This document shows, piece after piece, positions 52,101 to 64,000 of a stretch of DNA of 64,000 bases. Made by a program: the position numbers and the translations under genes. The DNA comes from Eledone cirrhosa (Eukaryota), in contig CAXHJY010001472.1 of assembly GCA_964016885.1 (NCBI GenBank), positions 992,001 through 1,056,000 of the forward strand. Reading direction: 5' to 3'. The stretch's first letter is position 1; every line of letters starts with the position of its first letter. The notes beneath the pieces were generated by a model. That model made no database searches, was not told where the DNA came from, and was given only the letters and a program-made list of their open reading frames with translations.

Positions 52101-55100
52101 CTTGGACTGCTAGAAATTATCTCTCCTTGGACGGCTGGAAATTATCTCCCCTTGATTTTTTTACAAATTATCTCCCCCTGATTTTTTTTACAAATCTCCC
52201 AGTGATTTTTTAAAAAAATTATCTCCCCTTCGCTGGCTGGAAATTATCTCCCCTTGGACGCTGGAAATTATAGCCCCTTGGAGGGCTGGAAATTATCTTC
52301 CCTTGGACGGCTGGAAATTATCTCCCCTTGATTTTTTTTACAAATTATCTCCCCCTGATTTTTTTTTACAAATTATCTCCCCCTGATTTTTTTTACAAAT
52401 TATCTCCCCCTGATTTTTTTAAACAAATTATCTCCCCTTGGACGGCTGGAAATTATCTCCCCTTGGACGGCTGGAAATTATCTCCCCTTGGACGGCTAGA
52501 AATTACCTCTCCTTGGACAGCTGAAAATTATCTCCCCTTCGACGGCTGCAAATTATCTCCCCTTGATTTTTTTTACAAATTATCTCCCCTTGATTTTTTT
52601 TACAAATTATCTCCCCCTGATTTTTTTTACAAATTATCTCCCCCTGATTTTTTTTACAAATTATCTCCCCCTGATTTTTTTTACAAAATATCTCCCCCTG
52701 ATTTTTTTACAAATTATCTCCCCCTGATTTTTTTTACAATCTCCGCCTGATTTTTTTAAAAATTATCTTGCCTTGGCTGGCTGGAAATTATCTCCCCTTG
52801 GACGGCTGGAAATTATCTCCCCTAGGAAGGATGGAAATTATCTCCCCTTGGACGGCTGGAAATTATCTCCCCTTGCACGGCTGGAAATTATCTCCCCTTG
52901 GACAGCTGGAAATTATCTGCCCTTGATTTTGTTTTTACAAATTATGTTCCCCTGATTTTTTTTACAAATTATCTCCACCTGATTTTTTAAAAAATTATCT
53001 CCCCTTGGACGGCTGGAAATTATCTCCCCTTGGTTGGAAATTATCTCCCCTTGGACGGCTAGAAATTATCTCTGTTTGGACGGCTGGAAATTATCTCCCT
53101 TTGATTTTTTTAACAAATTATCTCCCTCTGATTTTTTTTACAAATCTCCCCCTGATTTTTTAAAAAAAATTATCTCCCCTTCGCTGGCTGGAAATTATCT
53201 CCCCTTGGACACTGGAAATTATAGCCCCCTGGAGGGCTGGAAATTATCTTCCCTTGGACGGCTGGAAATTATCTCCCCTTGATTTTTTTTACAAATTATC
53301 TCCCCCTGATTTTTTTTTTACAAATTATCTCCCCCTGATTTTTTTTACAAATTATCTCCCCCTGATTTTTTTACAAATTATCTCCGCCTGATTTTTTTAA
53401 AAATTATCTTCCCTTGGCTGGCGGGAAATTATCTCCCCTTGGACGGCTGGAAATTATCTCCCCTTGGAAGGATGGAAATTATCTCCCCTTGGACAGCTGG
53501 AAATTATCTCCCCTTGGACGGCTGAAAATTATCTCCCCTTGATTTTTTTTTTACAAATTATCTCCCCCTGATTTTTTTTTACAAATTAACTCCCCCTGAT
53601 TTTTTTTTTACAAATTATCTCTCCCTGATTTTTTTTTACAAATATCTCCCCTTGGCTGGCTGGAAATTATCTCCCCTTGGACGGTTGGAAATTATCTCCC
53701 CTTGGACGGCTGGAAATTATCTCCCCTTGGACGGCTGGAAATTATCTCCTCTTGGACGGCTGGAAATTATCTCCCCTTGGACGGCTGGAAATTATCTGCC
53801 CTTGATTTTTTTTTACAAATTATCTCCCCCTGATTTTTTTAAAAATGATCTCGCCTTGGACGGCTGGAAATGATCTCCCCTTGGCTGGTTGGAAATTATC
53901 TCCCCTTGGACCGCTAGAAATTATCTCTCCTTGGACGGCTGGAAATTATCTCCCCTTGATTTTTTTACAAATTATCTCGTCCTGATTTTTTTTACAAATC
54001 TCCCAGTGATTTTTAAAAAAAAATTATCACCCCTTCGCTGGCTGGAAATTATCTCACCTTGGACGCTGGAAATTATAGCCCCTTGGAGGGCTGGAAATTA
54101 TCTTCACTTGGACGGCTGGAAATTATCTCCCCTTGATTTTTTTTACAAATTATCTCCCCCTGATTTTTTTTTACAAATTATCTCCCCCGGATTTTTTTTT
54201 ATAAATTATCTCCCCCTGATTTTTTTTAACAAATTATCTCCGCCTGATTTTTAAAAAAAAATTATCTCCCCTTAGACGGCTGGAAATTATCTCCCCTTGG
54301 ACGGCTGGAAATTATCTCCCCTTGGAGGGCTAGAAATTGGACGGCTGAAAATTATCTCCCCTTGGACGGCTGCAAATTATCTCCCCTTGATTTTTTTTAC
54401 AAATTATCTCCCCCTGATTTTTTTTTACAAATTATCTCCCCCTGATTTTTTTTTACAAATTATCTCCCCCTGATTTTTTTTTACAAATTATCTACCCCTG
54501 ATTTTTTTTTACAAATTATCTGCCCCTGATTTTTTTTTACAAATTATCTCCCCCTGATTTTTTTTTACAAATTATCTACCCCTGATTTTTTTTACAAATT
54601 ATCTCCCCCTGATTTTTTTTTTACAAATTATCTCCCCCTGATTTTTTTAAAAATGATCTCCCCTTGGACGGCTGGAAATGATCTCCCCTTGGCTGGTTGG
54701 AAATTATCTCCCCTTGGACCGCTAGAAATTATCTCTCCTTGGACGGCTGGAAATTATTTCCCCTTGATTTTTTTTACAAATCTCCCCCTAATTTAAAAAA
54801 AAATTATCTCCCCTTCGCTGGCTGGAAATTATCTCCCTTTGGACGGCTGGAAATTATAGCCCCTTGTAGGGCTGGAAATTATCTCCCCTTGGACGGCTGG
54901 AAATTATCTCCCCTTGATTTTTTTTACAAATTATCTCCCCCTGATTTTTTTAAAAATGATCTCCCCTTGGACGGCTGGAAATGATCTCCCCTTGGCTGGT
55001 TGGAAATTATCTCCCCTTGGACCGCTAGAAATTATCTCTCCTTGGATGGCTGGAAATTATCTCCCCTTGATTTTTCTACAAATTATCTCCCCCTGATTTT

Positions 55101-57214
55101 TTTTACAAATCTCCCAGTGATTTTTAAAAAAAATTTTCTCCCCTTCGCTGGCTGGAAATTATCTCCCCTTGGACGCTGGAAATTATAGCCCCTTGGAAGG
55201 CTGGAAATTATCTTCCCTTGGACGGCTGGAAATTATCTCCCCTTGATTTTTTTTTACAAATTATCTCCCCCTGATTTTTTTTTTACAAATTATCTCCCCC
55301 TGATTTTTTTTTAACAAATTATCTCCGCCTGATTTTTTTAAAAAAATTATCTCCCCTTGGACGGCTGGAAATTATCTCCCCTTGGACGGCTGGAAATTAT
55401 CTCCCCTTGGACGGCTAGAAATTACCTCTCCTTGGACGGCTGAAAATTATCTCCCCTTGGACGGCTGCAAATTATCTCCCCTTGATTTTTTTTACAAATT
55501 ATCTCCCCTTGATTTTTTTTTATAAATTATCTCCCCCTGATTTTTTTTACAAATTATCTTCCCTTGGACGGCTGGAAATTATCTCCCCTTGGAAGGATGG
55601 AAATTATCTCCCCTTGGACGGCTGGAAATTATCTCCCCTTGCACGGCTGGAAATTATCTCCCCTTGGACAGCTGGAAATTATCTGCCCTTGATTTTTTTT
55701 TACAAATTATCTCCCCCTGATTTTTTTTTACAAATTATCTCCCCCTGATTTTTTTTTTACAAATTATCTCCGCCTGATTTTTTTTTTAAATTATCTCCCC
55801 TTGGACGGCTGGAAATTATCTCCCTTTGGACGGCTTGAAATTATCTTCCCTTGGACGGCTAGAAATTACCTCTCCTTGGACGGCTGAAAATTATCTCCCC
55901 TTGGACGGCTGGAAATTATCTCCCCTTGATTTTTTTACAAATTATCTGCCCCTGATTTTTTTTTACAAATTATCTCCCCCTGATTTTTTTTTACAAATTA
56001 TCTCCCCCTGATTTTTTTTTACAAATTATCTCCCCCTGATTTTTTTTTTACAAATTATCTCCCCCTGATTTTTTTACAAATTATCTCCCCCTGATTTTTT
56101 TTACAATCTCCGCCTGATTTTTTAAAAAATTATCTTCCCTTGGCTGGCGGGAAATTATCTCCCCTTGGACGGCTGGAAATTATCTCCCCTTGGCTGGAAA
56201 TTATCTCCCCTTGGACACTGGAAATTATAGCCCCTTGGAGGGCTGGAAATTATCTTCCCTTGGACGGCTGGAAATTATCTCCCCTTGATTTTTTTACAAA
56301 TTATCTGCCCCTGATTTTTTTTTTACAAATTATCTCCCCCTGATTTTTTTTTACAAATTATCTACCCCTGATTTTTTTTACAAATTATCTCCCCCTGATT
56401 TTTTTTTTACAAATTATCTCCCCCTGATTTTTTAAAAAATGATCTCCCCTTGGACGGCTGGAAATGATCTCCCCTTGGCTGGTTGGAAATTATCTCCCCT
56501 TGGACCGCTAGAAATTATCTCTCCTTGGACGGCTGGAAATTATTTCCCCTTGATTTTTTTTACAAATCTCCCCCTAATTTAAAAAAAAATTATCTCCCCT
56601 TCGCTGGCTGGAAATTATCTCCCTTTGGACGGCTGGAAATTATAGCCCCTTGTAGGGCTGGAAATTATCTCCCCTTGGACGGCTGGAAATTATCTCCCCT
56701 TGATTTTTTTTACAAATTATCTCCCCCTGATTTTTTTAAAAATGATCTCCCCTTGGACGGCTGGAAATGATCTCCCCTTGGCTGGTTGGAAATTATCTCC
56801 CCTTGGACCGCTAGAAATTATCTCTCCTTGGATGGCTGGAAATTATCTCCCCTTGATTTTTTTACAAATTATCTCCCCCTGATTTTTGTTACAAATCTCC
56901 CAGTGATTTTTAAAAAAAATTTTCTCCCCTTCGCTGGCTGGAAATTATCTCCCCTTGGACGCTGGAAATTATAGCCCCTTGGAAGGCTGGAAATTATCTT
57001 CCCTTGGACGGCTGGAAATTATCTCCCCTTGATTTTTTTTTACAAATTATCTCCCCCTGATTTTTTTTTTACAAATTATCTCCCCCTGATTTTTTTTAAC
57101 AAATTATCTCCGCCTGATTTTTTTAAAAAAATTATCTCCCCTTGGACGGCTGGAAATTATCTCCACTTGGACGGCTGGAAATTATCTCCCCTTGGACGGC
57201 TAGAAATTACCTCT

Positions 57215-60200
57215 CCTTGGACGGCTGAAAATTATCTCCCCTTGGACGGCTGCAAATTATCTCCCCTTGATTTTTTTTACAAATTATCTCCCCTTGATTT
57301 TTTTTTACAAATTATCTCCCCCTGATTTTTTTTACAAATTATCTTCCCTTGGACGGCTGGAAATTATCTCCCCTTGGAAGGATGGAAATTATCTCCCCTT
57401 GGACGGCTGGAAATTATCTCCCCTTGCACGGCTGGAAATTATCTCCCCTTGGACAGCTGGAAATTATCTGCCCTTGATTTTGTTTTTACAAATTATCTCC
57501 CCCTGATTTTTTTTACAAATTATCTCCACCTGATTTTTTTAAAAATTATCTCCCCTTGGACGGCTGGAAATTATCTCCCCTTGGCTGGAAATTATCTCCC
57601 CTTGGACGGCTAGAAATTATCTCTCTTTGGACGGCTGGAAATTATCTCCCTTTGATTTTTTTAACAAATTATCTCCCTCTGATTTTTTTTACAAATCTCC
57701 CCCTGATTTTTTTAAAAAAATTATCTCCCCTTCGCTGGCTGGAAATTATCTCCCCTTGGACACTGGAAATTATAGCCCCCTGGAGGGCTGGAAATTATCT
57801 TCCCTTGGACGGCTGGAAATTATCTCCCCTTGATTTTTTTTACAAATTATCTCCCCCTGATTTTTTTTACAAATTATCTCCCCCTGATTTTTTTTTACAA
57901 ATTATCTCCCCCTGATATTTTTTTTAGAAATTATCTCCGCCTGATTTTTTTAAAAAAATTATCTCCCCTTGGACGGCTGGAAATTATCTCCCCTTGGACG
58001 GCTGGAAATTATCTCCCCTTGGACGGCTAGAAATTACCTCTCCTTGGACGGCTGAAAATTATCTCCCCTTGGACGGCTGCAAATTATCTCCCCTTGATTT
58101 TTTTACAAATTATCTCCCCCTGATTTTTTTTTTACAAATTATCTCCCCCTGATTTTTTTTTTACAAATCTCCGCCTGATTTTAAAAAAAAATTATCTCCC
58201 CTTGGACGGCTGGAAATTATCTCCCCTTGGACGGCTGGAAATTATCTTCCCTTGGACGGCTAGAAATTACCTCTCCTTGGACGGCTGAAAATTATCTCCC
58301 CTTGGACGGCTGGAAATTATCTCCCCTTGATTTTTTTACAAATTATCTGCCCCTGATTTTTTTTTTACAAATTATCTCCCCCTGATTTTTTTAAAAATGA
58401 TCTCCCCTTGGACGGCTGGAAATGATCTCCCCTTGGCTGGTTGGAAATTATCTCCCCTTGGACCGCTAGAAATAATCTCTCCTTGGACGGCTGGAAATTA
58501 TCTCCCCTTGATTTTTTTTACAAATCTCCCCCTAATTTAAAAAAAAATTATCTCCCCTTCGCTGGCTGGAAATTATCTCCCTTTGGACGGCTGGAAATTA
58601 TAGCCCCTTGTAGGGCTGGAAATTATCTCCCCTTGGACGGCTGGAAATTATCTCCCCTTGATTTTCTTTACAAATTATCTCCCCCTGACTTTTTTAAAAA
58701 TGATCTCCCCTTGGACGGCTGGAAATGATCTCCCCTTGGCTGGTTGGAAATTTTCTCCCCTTGGACGGCTGAAAATTATCTCCCCTTGGACGGCTGCAAA
58801 TTATCTCCCCTTGATTTTTTTTACAAATTATCTCCCCTTGATTTTTTTTTACAAATTATCTCCCCCTGATTTTTTTTACAAATTATCTTCCCTTGGACGG
58901 CTGGAAATTATCTCCCCTTGGAAGGATGGAAATTATCTCCCCTTGGACGGCTGGAAATTATCTCCCCTTGCACGGCTGGAAATTATCTCCCCTTGGACAG
59001 CTGGAAATTATCTGCCCTTGATTTTGTTTTTACAAATTATCTCCCCCTGATTTTTTTTACAAATTATCTCCGCCTGATTTTTTTAAAAATTATCTCCCCT
59101 TGGACGGCTGGAAATTATCTCCCCTTGGCTGGAAATTATCTCCCCTTGGACGGCTAGAAATTATCTCTCTTTGGACGGCTGGAAATTATCTCCCTTTGAT
59201 TTTTTTAACAAATTATCTCCCTCTGATTTTTTTTACAAATCTCCCCCTGATTTTTTAAAAAAAATTATCTCCCCTTCGCTGGCTGGAAATTATCTCCCCT
59301 TGGACACTGGAAATTATAGCCCCCTGGAGGGCTGGAAATTATCTTCCCTTGGACGGCTGGAAATTATCTCCCCTTGATTTTTTTTACAAATTATCTCCCC
59401 CTGATTTTTTTTTACAAATTATCTCCCCCTGATTTTTTTTACAAATTATCTCCCCCTGATTTTTTTTTACAAATTATCTTCCCCTGATATTTTTTTTACA
59501 AATTATCTCCGCCTGATTTTTTTAAAAAAATTATCTCCCCTTGGACGGCTGGAAATTATCTCCCCTTGGACGGCTGGAAATTATCTCCCCTTGGACGGCT
59601 AGAAATTACCTCTCCTTGGACGGCTGAAAATTATCTCCCCTTGGACGGCTGCAAATTATCTCCCCTTGATTTTTTTTACAAATTATCTCCCCCTGATTTT
59701 TTTTTTACAAATTATCTCCCCCTGATTTTTTTTTTACAAATCTCCGCCTGATTTTTAAAAAAAATTATCTCCCCTTGGACGGCTGGAAATTATCTCCCCT
59801 TGGACGGCTGGAAATTATCTTCCCTTGGACGGCTAGAAATTACCTCTCCTTGGACGGCTGAAAATTATCTCCCCTTGGACGGCTGGAAATTATCTCCCCT
59901 TGATTTTTTTACAAATTATCTGCCCCTGATTTTTTTTTTACAAATTATCTCCCCCTGATTTTTTTAAAAATGATCTCCCCTTGGACGGCTGGAAATGATC
60001 TCCCCTTGGCTGGTTGGAAATTATCTCCCCTTGGACCGCTAGAAATAATCTCTCCTTGGACGGCTGGAAATTATCTCCCCTTGATTTTTTTTACAAATCT
60101 CCCCCTAATTTAAAAAAAAATTATCTCCCCTTCGCTGGCTGGAAATTATCTCCCTTTGGACGGCTGGAAATTATAGCCCCTTGTAGGGCTGGAAATTATC

Positions 60201-60335
60201 TCCCCTTGGACGGCTGGAAATTATCTCCCCTTGATTTTTTTTACAAATTATCTCCCCCTGACTTTTTTAAAAATGATCTCCCCTTGGACGGCTGGAAATG
60301 ATCTCCCCTTGGCTGGTTGGAAATTTTCTCCCCTT
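57215..60335. repeat. Second copy of the internal ~1.55-kb tandem duplication
   Basis: Offsets 57374/58918 (1544) and 58441/60014 (1573). The same junction is at ~58746. Confidence 0.8.
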
Positions 60336-61427
60336 GGACCGCTAGAAATTATCTCTCCTTGGACGGCTGGAAATTATCTCCCCTTGATTTTTTTACAAAT
60401 TATCTCCCCCTGATTTTTTTTACAAATCTCCCAGTGATTTTTTAAAAAAATTATCTCCCCTTCGCTGGCTGGAAATTATCTCCCCTTGGACGCTGGAAAT
60501 TATAGCCCCTTGGAGGGCTGGAAATTATCTTCCCTTGGACGGCTGGAAATTATCTCCCCTTGATTTTTTTTACAAATTATCTCCCCCTGATTTTTTTTTA
60601 CAAATTATCTCCCCCTGATTTTTTTTACAAATTATCTCCCCCTGATTTTTTTAAACAAATTATCTCCCCTTGGACGGCTGGAAATTATCTCCCCTTGGAC
60701 GGCTGGAAATTATCTCCCCTTGGACGGCTAGAAATTACCTCTCCTTGGACAGCTGAAAATTATCTCCCCTTGGACGGCTGCAAATTATCTCCCCTTGATT
60801 TTTTTTACAAATTATCTCCCCTTGATTTTTTTTTACAAATTATCTCCCCCTGATTTTTTTTACAAATTATCTCCCCCTGATTTTTTTTTACAAATTATCT
60901 CCCCCTGATTTTTTTTACAAAATATCTCCCCCTGATTTTTTTACAAATTATCTCCCCCTGATTTTTTTTACAATCTCCGCCTGATTTTTTTAAAAATTAT
61001 CTTGCCTTGGCTGGCTGGAAATTATCTCCCCTTGGACGGCTGGAAATTATCTCCCCTTGGAAGGATGGAAATTATCTCCCCTTGGACGGCTGGAAATTAT
61101 CTCCCCTTGCACGGCTGGAAATTATCTCCCCTTGGACAGCTGGAAATTATCTGCCCTTGATTTTGTTTTTACAAATTATGTTCCCCTGATTTTTTTTACA
61201 AATTATCTCCACCTGATTTTTTAAAAAATTATCTCCCCTTGGACGGCTGGAAATTATCTCCCCTTGGTTGGAAATTATCTCCCCTTGGACGGCTAGAAAT
61301 TATCTCTGTTTGGACGGCTGGAAATTATCTCCCTTTGATTTTTTTAACAAATTATCTCCCTCTGATTTTTTTTACAAATCTCCCCCTGATTTTTTTAAAA
61401 AAATTATCTCCCCTTCGCTGGCTGGAA

Positions 61428-61525
61428 ATTATCTCCCCTTGGACACTGGAAATTATAGCCCCCTGGAGGGCTGGAAATTATCTCCCCTTGGACACTGGAA
61501 ATTATAGCCCCCTGGAGGGCTGGAA
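61428..61525. repeat. 49-bp (24+25) dimer tandem duplication
   Basis: GGACACTGGAAATTATAGCCCCCTGGAGGGCTGGAAATTATCT occurs twice in a row (61441 and 61490). The offset to the sister copy jumps from 8234 to 8283. Confidence 0.9.
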
Positions 61526-64000
61526 ATTATCTTCCCTTGGACGGCTGGAAATTATCTCCCCTTGATTTTTTTTACAAATTATCTCCCCCTGATTTTTTTT
61601 TTACAAATTATCTCCCCCTGATTTTTTTTACAAATTATCTCCCCCTGATTTTTTTACAAATTATCTCCGCCTGATTTTTTTAAAAATTATCTTCCCTTGG
61701 CTGGCGGGAAATTATCTCCCCTTGGACGGCTGGAAATTATCTCCCCTTGGAAGGATGGAAATTATCTCCCCTTGGACAGCTGGAAATTATCTCCCCTTGG
61801 ACGGCTGAAAATTATCTCCCCTTGATTTTTTTTTTACAAATTATCTCCCCCTGATTTTTTTTTACAAATTATCTCCCCCTGATTTTTTTTTTACAAATTA
61901 TCTCTCCCTGATTTTTTTTTACAAATATCTCCCCTTGGCTGGCTGGAAATTATCTCCCCTTGGAAGGTTGGAAATTATCTCCCCTTGGACGGCTGGAAAT
62001 TATCTCCCCTTGAACGGCTGGAAATTATCTCCTCTTGGACGGCTGGAAATTATCTCCCCTTGGACGGCTGGAAATTATCTGCCCTTGATTTTTTTTTACA
62101 AATTATCTCCCCCTGATTTTTTTAAAAATGATCTCCCCTTGGACGGCTGGAAATGATCTCCCCTTGGCTGGTTGGAAATTATCTCCCCTTGGACCGCTAG
62201 AAATTATCTCTCCTTGGACGGCTGGAAATTATCTCCCCTTGATTTTTTTACAAATTATCTCGTCCTGATTTTTTTTACAAATCTCCCAGTGATTTTTAAA
62301 AAAAAATTATCTCCCCTTCGCTGGCTGGAAATTATCTCACCTTGGACGCTGGAAATTATAGCCCCTTGGAGGGCTGGAAATTATCTTCACTTGGACGGCT
62401 GGAAATTATCTCCCCTTGATTTTTTTTACAAATTATCTCCCACTGATTTTTTTTTACAAATTATCTCCCCCGGATTTTTTTTTATAAATTATCTCCCCCT
62501 GATTTTTTTTAACAAATTATCTCCGCCTGATTTTTAAAAAAAAATTATCTCCCCTTAGACGGCTGGAAATTATCTCCCCTTGGACGGCTGGAAATTATCT
62601 CCCCTTGGACGGCTAGAAATTGGACGGCTGAAAATTATCTCCCCTTGGACGGCTGCAAATTATCTCCCCTTGATTTTTTTTACAAATTATCTCCCCCTGA
62701 TTTTTTTTTACAAATTATCTCCCCCTGATTTTTTTTTACAAATTATCTCCCCCTGATTTTTTTTTACGAATTATCTACCCCTGATTTTTTTTTACAAATT
62801 ATCTCCCCCTGATTTTTTTTTACAAATTATCTCCCCCTGATTTTTTTTAAAAATTATCTCCCCCTGATTTTTTTTTTACAAATTATCTCCCCCTGATTTT
62901 TTTACAAATTATCTCCCCCTGATTTTTTTTACAATCTCCGCCTGATTTTTTAAAAAATGATCTCCCCTTGGACGGCTGGAAATGATCTCCCCTTGGCTGG
63001 TTGGAAATTATCTCCCCTTGGACCGCTAGAAATTATCTCTCCTTGGACGGCTGGAAATTATCTCCCCTTGATTTTTTTACAAATTATCTCCCCCTGATTT
63101 TTTTTACAAATCTCCCAGTGATTTTTAAAAAAAAATTATCTCCCCTTCGCTGGCTGGAAATTATCTCCCCTTGGACGCTGGAAATTATAGCCCCCTTGGA
63201 GGGCTGGAAATTATCTTCCCTTGGACGGCTGGAAATTATCTCCCCTTGATTTTTTTTACAAATTATCTCCCCCTGATTTTTTTTTACAAATTATCTCCGC
63301 CTGATTTTTAAAAAAAAATTATCTCCCCTTGGACGGCTGGAATTATCTCCCCTTGGACGGCTGGAAATTATCTCCCCTTGGACGGCTAGAAATTACCTCT
63401 CCTTGGACGGCTGAAAATTATCTCCCCTTGGACGGCTGCAAATTATCTCCCCTTGATTTTTTTTACAAATTATCTCCCCCTGATTTTTTTTTACAAATAA
63501 TCTACCCCTGATTTTTTTTACAAATTATCTCCCCCTGATTTTTTTTTACAAATTATCTCCCCCTGATTTTTTTTTACAAATTATCTCCCCCTGATTTTTT
63601 TACAAATTATCTCCCCCTGATTTTTTTTACAATCTCCGCCTGATTTTTTAAAAAATAATCTTCCCTTGGCTGGCGGGAAATTATCTCCCCTTGGACGGCT
63701 GGAAATTATCTCCCCTTGGAAGGATAGAAATTATCTCCCCTTGGACGGCTGGAAATTATCTCCCCTTGCACGGCTGGAAATTATCTCCCCTTGGACAGCT
63801 GGAAATTATCTGCCCTTGATTTTGTTTTTACAAATTATCTCCCCCTGATTTTTTTTACAAATTATCTCCACCTGATTTTTTAAAAAATTATCTCCCCTTG
63901 GACGGCTGGAAATTATCTCCCCTTGGCTGGAAATTATCTCCCCTTGGACGGCTAGAAATTATCTCTCTTTGGACGGCTGGAAATGATCTCCCTTTGATTT

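Larger units (their letters stand above)
46365..62790. repeat. More diverged tandem duplication with ~8.15-8.28-kb period (junction near 54510)
   Basis: Offsets: 46551/54697 (8146), 47310/55482 (8172), 50266/58441 (8175), 52773/61007 (8234), 53889/62172 (8283). Both copies share a chimeric junction at ~50580 and ~58755 that I did not see elsewhere. Confidence 0.85.
1..64000. repeat. Composite two-monomer satellite DNA array (25-bp A monomer AAATTATCTCCCCTTGGACGGCTGG; ~27-bp B monomer AAATTATCTCCCCCTGA(T)nAC), running off both window ends
   Basis: The core AAATTATCTCCCC or a close variant recurs about every 21-30 bp from base 9 to the end, always in the same orientation. No non-repeat insert was seen. 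Roughly 2,400-2,500 monomers by arithmetic (64,000/~26). Confidence 0.99.

Noticed and set aside
53581-53600. Third AAATTAACTCC as part of the 8.08-kb duplication lineage
   Set aside because: It lies at a different HOR position from 22731/30809, so it is an independent recurrence or an error.
81-63848. The many 60-140 aa plus-strand ORFs (LEIISPW / GNYLPLDG / WKLSPLG repeats)
   Set aside because: They are the three frames of a stop-free 25-bp monomer, mostly opened at TTG and closed by TGA in B units. Homopolymer length changes shift frames freely between copies and there is no recognisable domain. The minus strand is closed by the TAA in the core.
1-64000. CRISPR array (constant repeat plus spacers)
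   Set aside because: The constant part is only ~13-16 bp and the intervening segments are ~9-14 bp of two recurrent types, not unique spacers. There is no leader and no cas gene.
1-64000. Telomerase-type or RT-templated repeat (25-bp units, C-rich strand)
   Set aside because: It does not match any telomeric repeat I recognise. Multi-kb HORs with inherited private SNVs indicate DNA duplication rather than unit-by-unit templated addition.
1-64000. Pure assembly or sequencing artefact, or synthetic DNA
   Set aside because: Nested, linked private variants and consistent homopolymer series look like evolutionary history. Exact copy number of the near-identical blocks still cannot be verified without reads.

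Overview
The whole 64-kb window is one uninterrupted, single-orientation tandem-repeat (satellite) array. I found no unique sequence and can support no gene, RNA gene, transposon or CRISPR array. It is built from two alternating monomer classes that share a 13-bp core, AAATTATCTCCCC. Monomer A is core+TTGGACGGCTGG (25 bp). Monomer B is core+CTGA(T)7-11AC (~26-30 bp). A third junction form ending in T(n)A(n) usually closes B runs. Runs of A and B form a nested hierarchy: ~0.3-kb cassettes, then ~2.1-2.6-kb subunits, then a ~7,084-bp higher-order repeat (HOR), then younger tandem duplications of ~1.5, ~1.8 and ~8.1-8.5 kb that private SNVs allow one to trace. Diagnostic variants separate inner from outer HOR copies, which suggests layered expansion as seen in centromeric or pericentromeric arrays (inference). 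All listed ORFs are translations of the repeat. The source is most plausibly a eukaryotic long-read assembly; the taxon cannot be established from this window. Periods were derived by hand from marker and ORF coordinates, and block boundaries are approximate.
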